NCBI RefSeq assembly: GCF_023055435.1
Contig: NW_025963890.1
Coordinates: 73,966,001-74,030,000 of the forward strand
Length of the DNA stretch: 64,000 nucleotides
Origin: Haliotis rufescens
Lineage: Eukaryota
Direction: 5' to 3'
The notes under the pieces were generated by a model. That model had not been told where the DNA came from, searched no databases, and saw only the letters and a list, made by a program, of their open reading frames with translations. Made by a program: the position numbers and the translations under genes. Shown here one piece after another: positions 1 through 12,268 of the stretch; the first letter of the stretch is position 1, and every line of letters begins with the position of its first letter.

Positions 1-7
1 TAACAGA

Positions 8-168
8 ATGAGTGGGTATGGTTTTACGCCGCTTTTAGCAATATTCAAGCAATATCACGGCGGGGGACACCAGAAATGGGCTTCACACATTGTACCCATG
101 TCGGGATTGGAACCCGGGTCTTCGGCGTGACGATCGAACGCTCTAACCACTAGGCTACCCGACCGCCC
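8..168 (-). mobile_element. tRNA-derived SINE, family A
   Basis: The minus strand has box A (TAGCCTAGTGG), box B (GGTTCCAATCC) and an (ACTC)n-like tail. Near-identical copies occur elsewhere in the window. Confidence 0.85.
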
Positions 169-524
169 CGGATTACAGAGGCGATGCGACATGAATGCAG
201 ATGAATAATGTGTTTGGTTTGCATGGATCACTCAGCTGCCATCACTGTGTAATGTCCTGTAAATTCTATTTCACAATGATATTGCTGAAGGATAATGACA
301 TTGGAACAGTATCATGATTTGATCTGCTTTTAACAAGATATTTTTCCATTACTAACTTTGAAAACTGAAATCATTGGTGCATATTTCATCAAGAGAAGTT
401 GGTTTCAGATCTCCAAAAGCCAGGATTAAAGATTCTGAAATGCTTGAAACAACAGGGAACACGAAACGAAAATCCACTGGAATGAGACAGTTACGCTACA
501 GTGGCTCCCTCAGGTAAACCCAGA

Positions 525-3500
525 ATGTATGGTCGACAAACACCTATCAGATCTACATCAACTGCAAAGTCTGTCTCCAAAGCAGATGGGCAATTATGTG
601 GATCTTCGTCAAAATCTTCAGCTACCAAGATACCTCAAGTGAAATATCCCCCACGGTCTAAGGAGGATAAACATGAACTATCACCTGTGAAAGACACAAA
701 ACACCCAACGGCTTCAAGTACCCATGCAAAGAAAGAGAGAAGTGAACTTAATTCAAAATTACGAGTGTCAAAACAAGATGACACACATCCCCTTTTCCCA
801 TCTGATAAGGTCAAACTACCCAAAGTAAAATATCCTCCCCGGACAAAGGAGGAAAAACGTGAACTATCATCTGTGAAAGACACAAAACATCCAGTAATAT
901 CAGCTTCAAGTTCTTGGTCAAAGAAAGAGGATAACCAAATCAGGCCAAAATTTGATCATTTAAATGTCTCTCCAATGATAGAAGATGAAAATAAACTAAC
1001 CACAGCACTATTGAAGGAGAAATGTACGACGACGAGGCATAGACGTGCTAATTCTAATCGTCTTGTTAAAGCAAATGTGTCTTTGCCGGGAAATAATAAT
1101 GACTGTTTACTAACCAGACAATCAAAGACGGCAGGGAAAGTTGAACATGAAGAAGAAACTGCTGGGGATTCAACAACAAAAGGGCAACCACAAAGAGAAT
1201 GTGGAGAAGAAGAAATGTTTTCAACCTCAGGAGTGGACCTGCCTTTTTCGTTTAAAAATAATTCTTTTCTACATAGTGTTTTCAAACCTGTTATTTCATT
1301 TTGCATCGAAAATACATCCAGGATCTCAGTTTTTGTCCGGAGAATTATTATTTATTGCATTTCAAAGTTAACTTTTCAGCATTTTTCAGACCAAATTCAA
1401 GGGAAATCCACTGATAAAATGAAATCATGTGACCATAAGGTTACTAAACTATCAACTACCAAGTCACAAATATGTCTTAAGCAGGACTCTTGGCAGTTGG
1501 CAAGAAGTTTTGAAAAAACAAAAATATGTCATTCACAGAAGACATTCACCAGACACAAACACTATAACCTTGACACATCAAAGATGGATGCATTGGTCAG
1601 TGGAATGGTAGACAGACATATCATTCGCAACTCTGACAATCCAACAAGGGACATCAAGTATTTTTTTGAAAATGAAGTTAAGATGGAGCAGAGGGACATC
1701 CAGCCGGCGTTGGTGCACTATAAATGGTTGAGAGAAAAGATTGTTGGACGATTAAACAGTGAGATGAACTTTGGGACATGGAAGGTTTGCAATGCAGGGT
1801 CGCATTTTGATGGCACTAAGGTAAGAATATGATCATTGCAATATAAGTTTTTGTTTCCTAAAGTTATTACAAATATTGTTTGTCGTACATTTGGGAATTC
1901 TAATATTTTTAACACGTGACGTAAGAATACTGACATAAAAAATTAGATTTATGAGTCACATCCTTCTACAGGTGGCTCGACCAAATGAAATGGACTGCAC
2001 AATGTTCCCAATTCTTCAGACCAAACTTGAGGCTGTGTTTGATGACACCTGCAAAGCTGGAGCCTGCAAGGTGAAGGTCATCGGGGATGTGGATGACCAC
2101 GAGGAGGATCTCCGGCTATTCCTTGATGGAGGCTTTGTTAACTCTAAAAAGTTCAGGAAATACGTCTTTGAGAAGCTTGAACGTGTTCTTGAGAGTGATA
2201 GAAAGTTAAAGGGTTCGTTGATTTATGTCACATCTTCAAATTCATAAATGTCTGTCAATATGATGTACGGTTGTATAAATCTATTATTTTTGAGACGCAA
2301 CATCAGTTTATCAGCATACAGTTTAACTTCACACATTTGAGGTTGAGGTCTTACTACCAGCAGGAAACACAAATTACTACAAATACGTTTTGTTTCAGAT
2401 GCTCGCAAGTTCAAAGATTCACAGTCTTTTGCAGTCAGGTATGAGGGTATTCCATCTGATGAAGGGATGAAAAGTATTGACATAGACTTTGTGCCATCCT
2501 TAAACATTAAACCCTGGCCTAGAAAGAACGTTTCCCGAGACATCACAGACATTCTCCCAGACCAACGGAAACGTACAGCTGCATCAATTAAGAAATATGG
2601 ATTCAATGCAACACCGAAGTTCTGGTATCAAGGTTAGTAATTAACGATGGAATATTTATGCTAGCTCTATATGTTGATGCATCAATTAAGAAAAATGAAT
2701 TCAATGCAACACCGAAGCTCTGGTATCAAGGTTAGTAATTAACGATGGAATATTTATGCTAGCTCTATGCATGTATGTTGATGCATCAATTAAGAAAAAT
2801 GGATTCAGTGCAACACCGAAGCTCTGGTATCAAGGTTAGTAATTAACGATTGAATATTTATGCTAGCTCTAAATGTTGATGCCCCTGAGAGGGGCATATA
2901 AACCTGATCTTAAATTGTTCATACAAGTTGTATACAGAAATGTGTAGACATGAAAAGACAAGACAGATAATCAACCCATCTCCTGCAGAAGATCTGCTAC
3001 TGAATTTCAAAGAGAGTTTGAGATTGCTGATAGCCCCAGTCATCCTATTTTCTTTGAAAAATAATTAGTAAGTCGATTTTGTCTTTGGAGAAATTTGGGG
3101 GGACCTCATGCACATGGGGGTACGTCTAAGGTGCCTCACCTCTCAATGAAGACTTGTGTCCTAATTATGTGTCTAGGTCAGCACCATTAGTGTGCTCATG
3201 GGTCTTGCTTAATCGGGGCTTTCACCTGCATTATGTTCACCAACTTTGGTAGAAATTCGGAATTGTTCAATATCAACTGTTGAACTGTTTTAAACAGCAA
3301 ATGTACATATCTGAAGAAATCCTTGAAAATATCTTTCTTTTGAAAAGCAAAAGATCCAGACCTCCTGTGGCAAGTTTCCTTTTCCTATGCAGAGAAGGCC
3401 ATCACTAAACATGCTGACAAGATTTCTTGGAAACCATCACTTAGAACATTGAAAAGAGTCTTGGAAATTGCAAAAGGCAACAGTGATTGTTGTGCCAAGG

Positions 3501-3847
3501 GTAACAGTCCAGAACTCGTGCAGATCCAGGAAGCAGTGAGATATGTCAAGGAGCATAATCCTAAACTGCGTTCCTCCCGACTGACGACATACCACATCAG
3601 AACACTCATGTGGTGGCAGCTGTATGATCTTACAGCAGGGGAGCACGTATGGAGGCAGGAAACAATGGCTGCAAGATTCCAGGACTGTCTCCGGAAGTTC
3701 CAGAAGATGATGACAGGGGAGATAGTGGTGCCACACTTCTTCCTACCCCAGATCAAGAACATCTTACCGTGGATACCAGAAGAGGAGAGGGTATTTCTCT
3801 ATGTCATAGCAAAGGCAACTGAGGTTGTGTTCACACAAAAAAAATGA
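525..3847 (+). CDS. cGAS-like receptor (cGLR, Mab-21 NTase), copy A; exons 525-1820, 1972-2212, 2399-2632, 3348-3847 (~756 aa from ATG 525; true 5' end uncertain)
   Basis: GT-AG junctions join in phases 0,1,1. They give GSHFDGTK|VARPNEMD (cGAS GSYYEHVKISAPNEFD), SIDIDFVPSL (third catalytic Asp), WQVSFSYAEK (cGAS WRLSFSHIEK), TTYHIRTLMW (cGAS SSYHVKT) and VPHFFLPQIKNIL. The N-terminus is Lys/Ser-rich. Region 1240-1390 looks intron-like but is open in frame. Confidence 0.88.
2581..2880 (+). repeat. Three tandem ~100-bp copies of the cGLR-A exon 3 end plus its splice donor
   Basis: GCATCAATTAAGAAA...CACCGAAG.TCTGGTATCAAG|GTTAGTAATTAACGAT occurs three times, with donors at 2633, 2731 and 2835. 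Confidence 0.9.
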
Positions 3848-5446
3848 CCCTCAAACTTGATTCATTATAAAAAAACTGTTAAGTCATTGCTATATATTTG
3901 TCAGTCCATCTTCAAGGTACAGAGGAGAAAATGAAAACAAACATAATTTTCATTTGAGTTTTTCTGCTCGTGTTTTGTCAAGCCCTGTCTACTTTAGTAC
4001 ATTGAAAGTTGAAATATGGAATTGTCCTATCGCCAGATTCTTTACTTGATAATTTTTAACTTCTCCATTTTATATCCTTCTCTATAGTTTTTGTCCAGTT
4101 ACAAAGCAAATTGAGGATAACAGATTTAACAGCAAAAATAACTGTGTACAATTACACTGTTTTTTTTATAATATTGTTACTGTGTGTCAGTCATACCAGG
4201 GAGTGTAGAAAAAGGGGACTCGGAACTGGTCCCTTTCCACCATATGTTTGAGTTGCAATGTCTCTGCACATCGACACGTCTCTCTCCGCGTCTCTCCCAC
4301 ATTCAGTGATTTTGCATTTGTTAAAAGTTGTCCATTTACATTTAGATTTGACGCTTCACAAGATGAGAAGCTGTAACTAAATAAACTAAAGCCCACAAAG
4401 CCTTCTTGTATTCGGTCTCCCTTTGTATCATGCGAGTGTGACAAATCCTGTTAAAGTGATTCATGAAATGCTTTTATTGTAATCACCCTAGAAGACAGGT
4501 CTATTTCGAAATGAGTATTAGAAACACACGACATTTCTTAATTATAACTTTTTTAAGTCAAGACAAATTGTTAGTCATGTTAGCAATTATATATACAGTC
4601 ACTTTTGTAAATTGCTCCATTAGTCACCGTCTGGCCATACTGTCTTGGACTATCAACTGTACCATGAGCCCTGGTGTACACAAGTCCTGAATAAAGAATA
4701 TGTCAGTAAAAGTTTTGTGACTCCATATTTGTACACCATGGCGTATGAAACGTTCACGCGTAGCCTCCTAAATTTAAATTTCTTTGGCAATAATTAATCT
4801 TTGTGAAAGAGAGCTTTATAGAATGTCCATTTTACCAAACTGCATGAAATATGATGTTTCATAGCACTGAAATTGGTAAAAACAAGCTCTTTTATTGCTC
4901 TGTGAAGCTCCGTGAAGATAAATATGAAGATTTGTTCAAATGTAATTATCGTTTTTCTACACTTGAAAAAGTGCTCTAGAACTACCTGGTTTCTTTTAAA
5001 ACATGTTCACGACAAAGTGCGTGTCATTGTGCATTGTAATAATCATGTTCACATGTCTGTATTTTGGGCCATTGGCCTTTTACTGAATAAACATGTCTGT
5101 CTGTCTGTCTGTCTGTAATAATCTAATCATGTTTAAATATAGTGCATATCATTTTGCATTAAGTCAAATGTGGATAAGGTGTATAATTAAATTAAATGTA
5201 CAATCAGAGTCACAGGCACTTGCATAGCACATATACCACCAGGAGTTACAATGAACTGTCTACACTATTAACATGATAATGTACAAATAAACCAAGCTTA
5301 GATACTGGTGATTGGAACATTTGACATGTGTGACTCATGGTATTTCTATGATACAGCAAATGGAAGCTTACAACGAAAGTATGTATGATTTCTACAACAG
5401 ACTCCCAAAGGGACATATTCCCATTAAACGCTAAAAACATAAAAAG

Positions 5447-5805
5447 TAGGTGAGGTGAGGTGAAATGGGGTTTGACGTCGCCTCCAAGATTATTGCACTT
5501 ATAAAGCGACGTGCATGCACGTGAATGTGTGTGTATGGCTGCTTGTACTAGTCCGGACTAATGCCGATTTATGGTGCTAGCACACTGAGATACCATGCCG
5601 CAGTTTAACATGAATACCCCACTCAGACACAGTATACTGACTCCGAGCCGACCAGTCCTTGTTTTAGTCCCTAAATGCTGAGCGCCAGACAGGGTAACAA
5701 CAAGTATCATCTTTGAAAGTCTTTTCGTATGACGCAGCTGGGGACTGAACCCGGGACCTTCCGCTCTCCGGGCGGACTCTCTACCACTGGACCACGGAGG
5801 CGGTC
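5447..5805 (-). mobile_element. tRNA-derived SINE, family B (V-SINE-like central domain)
   Basis: Minus strand: tRNA-like head (GTGGTCCAGTGG...GGTTCAGTCCC), then GTCATACGAAAAGACTTTCAAAGATGATACTTGTTG...GGCGCTCAGCATT, then a (CACCT)n tail. Related pieces at 13140-13220 and 50855-51140. Confidence 0.7.
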
Positions 5806-6902
5806 ACATAAAAAGTACCTACAATGACCCGGGTCTTTCCAACATTTAGACCCTAAACACGTTTAGCTGTTAAGCACAATCATAAACCTGTTTAGACCCT
5901 ACACGCCTCAGAATTCTGGGAAAAGGGGTGCACTTAGATACGTGTTTAGGATCTAAACACAGTTTAACAATGTATGCAAACTAACATAATCAGCATCTCA
6001 TAATACTTCAAGAACACAAAGTTCAGAAAGACAACTAAATCAAAGAACCTACAAAACCGAAACAATGTTCTTTATACCGCTTACCCAAGGGAAACACTAC
6101 CTTCCAATTCCACGAATTGTGTATGAAGTAGGGATGCAATTCTGACCTCCTTAAGATCCTAAGGACCAATATAGATCACAAAGAAAATGTGATTTCACAA
6201 GTCTTCAAATCTACATTATGCCAGTGCTCTATTCTTGATCTTCAGATAAGGATAAGGATTAAAAGGAGTAAACAGTTGTGACACGCTGATTGGATCCTAA
6301 TTAAAATAGTCTATTGCTTGATTAGATCTTCACAGGCAAAAGAGATGTAATACCCTTGATCTCTGCGAGATTTCTTTTAATGAAACTCTGGTGGTTTGGT
6401 TGGGAGGATTTAGACTTTGTCAAACAGAATTTGAATTTGCTGGCGGTCTGAGAGGGTTGATCTGCTCTCAGTTTTGACTGTTGAAGTGTCATGTTTTTTT
6501 TATGCATGTATCTTTTTAATCCTTATCCTTATCTGGCTTCATTACCCATGAACTTCATTGCATGTGTGCTATTTGTTATTCTTACTGTACATTGAAACGT
6601 CACTATATGCAATAAACCAGAAGTTGTTATCCATAAAGTTATGTGTCTTCTTACTTACTCGCCAACTTCTAGAATGCCAATCAAACAGTCAAATTGTATG
6701 GCCATTCGTGTCAATGTACATACGCGTTACTGGAACCGGCACGTCTCACACAACAGATATAATGGACTACATATTAGAACCTGTACAGTGGCTACATAAT
6801 AGGTATACAATACGCATATAGAGAACTTGTACTTCATCATACAACAGGTACAATATACAAATTACTGAAACTTTACACAGGTCATATGGCAGGTAGAAGA
6901 AA

Positions 6903-9900
6903 TTAGTTCATATGACCTATACATGGGTCATTCAAAAGCCATATACATGTGATAACTTGAATAAATAGGGACATAATCATTGAGAACAGTTGGACACTGG
7001 TTGAACCAGAAACTACAGAAGCTGCTGTTTCCACAATATGGAGTGGAGGTAAGGAGTGGTACACTTTGGAGTGGAACGGTGTCCCACGGGGAGGGCCTTT
7101 GCGCACATCTGAGAGTGTTCCATCTGCAAATTATGTCATCAAATATTAATACAAGTACATATTGGAAAATTGCATAGACTCTGATGGGTGCCAAAGAATA
7201 GAGGTACATATATGAAATGAATCTTGTTTTGGTTGTATCACCTGAAGAAGCTGTGACAACATTCTAAATGGCTGAAAATATCCACATAATAAATGGGGGA
7301 ACTTGGTGGCTTTACATCAATTTGACATACTTTTCGTTTCAGCTCATGTATCATGTCAACCAACATATGCTGGATATACTTCTGATGCACACTACAGAAC
7401 CATATACCCAAATGGTGCAAATCCATACATCTAACGAACAAAGGTATTCATTATAATGTTCACTAACCTTCTCTAGCTCTGATATAATCATGGAGAGTTC
7501 TTATTTGTTGCTGTCCTGTGTCAGTCGTCCTCCTTGGAAGCAGTGCCGTGAGTCTCTGGGAGGTTGGGGACATGCCAGGGATATATTCAAGCAGATGACA
7601 TAAGTTCCATTTTCGTATGACTTCTAAAATCTGCAGAAAAGGTTAAAACAACACCATGATAGGCGATGATAATGCAGTAAATTTCAAAGATTGACATATA
7701 CTTAGTCAAATTAAAAACTTCACATTTTTAAAAGTAATCCCATATATGATAAACAACGGACAAATGTATCAGAGTAGGTAATTTTTAATCATTAATGTCC
7801 AAAGAAGGATTTTAATTAACGGTGGTAACCATAATTTGTTCGAAGCACCTACGGTATTCGGTAATAACATCAACAGTTTAAATCATAAGTCCCAAGCACG
7901 AGAATCTGATGGCACACAAGTTCAGTAGCGTGTATGGCCATCATGTGCGTTGACAACTGCCACACAACGCCTCCGCATGGACCTTGTGATGCTTGTGAAC
8001 ACATGATTGGGAAGACGACGCCATTGTTGCTGCAAAATGGTGCCAAGATCTTGCAAATTCTATGGTTGGTTCTGGAGAGTGCGCAGATTTCTGCCAAGAG
8101 CATCCCAGAGGTGTTCGATGGGATTGAGGTCGGGAGACCTTGACGGCCAGTCCATGATGTTGACTCCCGCATTCTGAAGGAAATTCCTTGTCAAAATTGC
8201 TGTGTGGGGTCTGGCCTTGTCGTGTTGGAAGATCAAACCGGGTACATGTGCTGCCATAAAAGGCAGAAGTTCTGGTGCCAGTACCTGGTCGCGGTAAGCA
8301 GCAGCGTTGAGGTTGCCACGGATGACAAGAAGTCTGGAACGTGCATTGCCACAGAAAGCACCCCACACCATGACACTTCCGCCTCGAAATCTGTCAACTT
8401 CCTGTACACCACACTGGGCGTAACGTTCATGACGGCGCCTCCAAACCCTCGCCCTACCATCAGCAAATCGAAGATTAAATCGGGATTCATCACTGAAGAC
8501 GACTTTATTCCAATTCCTCTGAGTCCATCGTAAGTGTCGCTGTGCCCACAATTGACGTTGACGTCTGTGTAATTGAGTCAGAATCGGCCCGCAGTATGGC
8601 CGTCGTGCTTGAAGGTGAGCAGTTCTCAGACGGTTTCGAACAGTTTGCGCACCCAGTCTACCCCTAAACAGTTAATTTCTGGTTGATGTAGCCGTTAAAA
8701 ATCGGTTATGGAGTTGAAGTAAGACAATCTGACGATCCTCTGCACGTGACGTCACACGTGGTCGACCTGTCCGAGGGCGATCAGCGGTGGCACCCGTTTG
8801 CTGTAGACGCGTCTGTTAATCATAAACAGTCCGTCGACTACAACCCATCGTCCTTGCGACTTCAGCTATGGACGTTCCCGTCTGCAACATGCCGATGGCA
8901 CGTTCACGTTGCACATGTGAAAGGCGTGGCATGACAAATGGCCGTAAAGTCTTTTGTTTTCTTGTGTTTTTTGTGTTTTTTGAATGACTGCTAACAAGAA
9001 TAGCTGAAAACACGGGGGGGGGGGGGGGGGGGGGGGGGGTGCTGATCAGTGCTGATCGATTCACCTGCACAAAAACGGGTGTTATCTGAAGACAATACGT
9101 GGCCATTACTGTTTAAATACACAATAAGGGCCCACAATGATAACTGGTCAAAACGTTAAAATTTTAAGCTTGTGAAGTTTTTAATTTGGTTCAGGATATA
9201 TACATACATTTTATCAAGCTATGCGTGTGATTAACAAATGATAACTACTGATTATTGCTGTCACATCCGTTGAAGTGTAATTATAACATTGTTTCAGTTG
9301 ATGAACTTCGGTATATGCTCACCCCACAGTGTTGTAGTCCCTCTGTAAGCTGGTTCAACATTGGTTTGCTGCTGAACAGCACAAAGTGTTGGATACACCC
9401 TTTGACAAACTCAGCCCTAGTAGCCATTGTGACATGTGATGGGAGTGTGTCTATGGATGCCCTCCACTCACAGATCTTCAAGGCTTCGTGCAGTTCACCC
9501 TCGGTCTCAGCACTTTGCACCTGTCAGAAGAGCAATGTCTGGAGTCACTGAAAAATGCTGGTTACAGAACAGTTTTGATTTTAGCTGTAGTGTAAGAAAG
9601 TTTCAATTGACATGTTCAATCTAGTTCAGAGAATACCATATCTTACAAAGTTCACCTTAAGGAAAAGAATTTATGGATGTCAACTTACTCCTTCATCAGG
9701 TGGTCATTCAGTGGTCATCCACCTGATGAAGGAATAAGCACATACTTCGAAACGTTGTGTTCCTCACCATAAAGAAGTTGACATCCATACATTCTCTTCC
9801 TTATGTGTATGACTTCTAAATGCCTCTCTAAGACTTGAAAGTTCACCTTGCTTAAAGCATCTCTAATGTGTGGATATGGCACATGTTCTAGTGATGCACA

Positions 9901-12268
9901 TGTGTTGACTCCTAGGATGGCATCTGCTACAGGTCGTGCGAAGATAGCAGCACCTTGTCCTCCCTGAGCTATGATGGTGGCGAGCATGACCCCCAGAACC
10001 CGGAAGTAGCCTTGGTCTAATAGTGATTGGCTTGGACGGATACATAGGCCATGTTCATTGCCTGGTAACATAATTGAAAATGATTTGTAACAGTGCATTA
10101 TGAAAAGTGAGACTTATTTGTTTAATGATAAACTCTCAGGAAACAAAGGATCTGCTATTATTATTCAGTGATCTATGAAACTGAAATCAGTAAGTAAAAT
10201 TATGGCATGGTTAAATGAAAAGTTTTACATACGAAAGTCTCTTCTAAGAGAACAAACATAAGGGCATGGTGTATAGCATCTTCCCGAGGCAAGAGTGTAA
10301 ACTGGAAAAGTTTCCACCCTTGCCGAACCAGGCTGGAATTCCTCGCCTAGATCGTAGCGCCACCAGTGGCTATTAGGAGTTATGTCCCTTCTATGCCTCT
10401 CATATGGACCAATCAGATTCAACCTCTCGTATGACTTGTTTCAAACAAAATGGCGGCGCCCAGTCAAGACGATCTGGACGATAATCAAGAACTATATTGT
10501 GATAAGACGGTCGCTAAGAGCATCAAATCACGTGAACACCTTAATTAAAAACATGGAAAAAAATGGAAATATCAGTTGACAACGAGTTGCGCTGTACCTG
10601 CTTTGCAAATCCTAATCAAATGAAATCTGCATGACAGTTTAAGAAAAGGATTTCGATTTCGTTGCGTGAGTTTGATTAGGGTATGCATAGTCTGGTTAGT
10701 CCAGCCAATATCTAACTCCATAATACCAGCCTAGTTCGGGAAGGGTGGAAAGTGGACTATTATAGTCAGTTAATTCTCTTGGCTCGGGAAGATGGGTTTA
10801 TAGCAGTTGATTGTGAATAAGATACATATATATCTTTCTGTTTTCTCGATTAACCCAAGTGACGATTGCTCCATTACTTACCATGTACCATTTTGCTGTC
10901 AGTGATGATGACATCCAATAACAGATTCAGATATTCCTTCCTTGAAGAATCGGCGTCAACAACAGCCTCCCGATGCCCCTTACCATCCTCAAACACCACC
11001 TACAAAACATAAATGGCGCCAATGCTGTAATAAATATGTCATTTAAAATAACATAAGTGTCTTCTGGTTTGGATTCCTGCTTTTAAAAAATTGTTCTTGC
11101 CTCTTAAACATAAATACTACTCACCATCAAACTATTTGCAGAGTTGGCAACTGCGACAGTGCAGAAGAAGTTAATGCTGCTGTCCCACACGTCCTGTCTA
11201 TCGACCATGATGATTACAGAGGGATATCTCACACATCTCTCAACATGATCCTGAAGTGCTATGGCTTGTACCCTCTCAAAGGGGTCTTCTCTGATAACAG
11301 ATCAGGATGTTGTTTTTAAAAAGATTGTTCAAGAGTCATATTTTTTTAGTAACTATTATACGTTTATATTTTACTTCTTGAATAATAGTGAAAGTGAGAT
11401 ATATCAAATCATTGTTTTGGAGATTGTACATCTATAACAGAAACCATGATCCTACATACGTATCATGTTGGGGATTATAGTGATGAGATTTTTTAAATCC
11501 GTTCCTTGAAGGCTCATCGTTGATTTCCATTGCTGAAGGCCTGGTGTAGCTTTGTTTTTCTAATAACTGTCCCTGAGGATCTTCACCAGACACGATCTCT
11601 TGGTCTAATGACTGGTTCTCAGGGGAATTTTCATCACTGTACTGGTTTTCTTGTGGCTCAAATTGATCCGTAACACTTGTATCAATAAGTCCCATGGGTG
11701 TTGCTTCGGGAAGAAAATCCATTCCAATGTATTCTTGGTCAGCTCCCTCTTCACTGAGACTCATCATGTGACTCTGTTGCTTTTGATATAAATAATTGCT
11801 TGTCTGACGATCAAACGAAGCATTTTGACTTCTAAGGTCGACAAGTGCCCGAGAATTCGTGTGTGCACACCTTTGCAGGTGCTGTGGTGGAGTTAGAACT
11901 AGTCTCTTCAACCGTGTATCAAATTTAACGGAAAATGAGCTGATGATACTTAGGTCATGACGATGTTTCGCTGATCTGGTGGAGGTTATCACATGTCTTG
12001 AATGACAAGCGTGATCACCGGGACTCATACCAGCATCGCTACAGCTGGAACAAATCGTCTTCATTGCTTTTGGTCGGTAGGTGGTCTGCCTCAACCCAAG
12101 CCTGCATTTGACCAGGTCTTTGAAGCTTGCACCACAGTGGGGACATGGTTTCATGGCGACAACGACTGTACAGTCCCAGCCTCCTCTCCGGGAGAAGACC
12201 TTTGAGGTGTTACTTCTCCTCCTGAAGACAGGTACCCCTGAACGACACCAAGTACAGCTTATACGCAT
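6903..12268 (-). CDS. Divergent G2E3-like HECT-domain protein; exons 12268-11460, 11290-11125, 10999-10882, 10061-9847, 9520-9323, 7630-7468, 7123-6903 (629 aa from ATG 12268)
   Basis: Six GT-AG introns with matching phases (2,0,1,0,0,1) give a stop-free 1890-nt ORF. HECT-like motifs: IMVDRQDVWDSS; VVFED...EAVVDADSSRKEY (cf. AVDxGGPxREF); YFRVLGVMLATIIAQGGQG; LEHVPYPHIRDAL; MLNQLTEGLQHCGILEVIRK. The family call is by eye, not by HMM. Confidence 0.7.
7699..9197 (-). mobile_element. Tc1/mariner DNA transposon (DD34E-type transposase, inactivated) in an intron of the HECT-like gene
   Basis: Transposase starts at ATG 8932 (MPRLSHVQRERAIGML) and contains GRPRVTS, FSDESRF, VMVWG, FQHDKARPH and WPSRSPDLNPIEHLWD. 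In-frame stops (e.g. 8816-8818). Imperfect TIRs CAAATTAAAAACTTCAC / GTGAAGTTTTTAATTTG with TA flanks. Confidence 0.9.

Noticed and set aside
8-168. tRNA genes at the SINE heads
   Set aside because: Box A/B heads run into a shared body and simple-repeat tail, and several copies have TSDs, so these are SINEs.
525-3847. Assigning the symbol cGAS/MB21D1 or MAB21L
   Set aside because: The Zn thumb is absent and orthology cannot be shown without phylogeny. The genes are also far from the highly conserved MAB21L sequence.
9014-9039. Poly-G run as a functional G-quadruplex
   Set aside because: A homopolymer inside a dead Tc1 element; its length is unreliable and nothing else supports a function.
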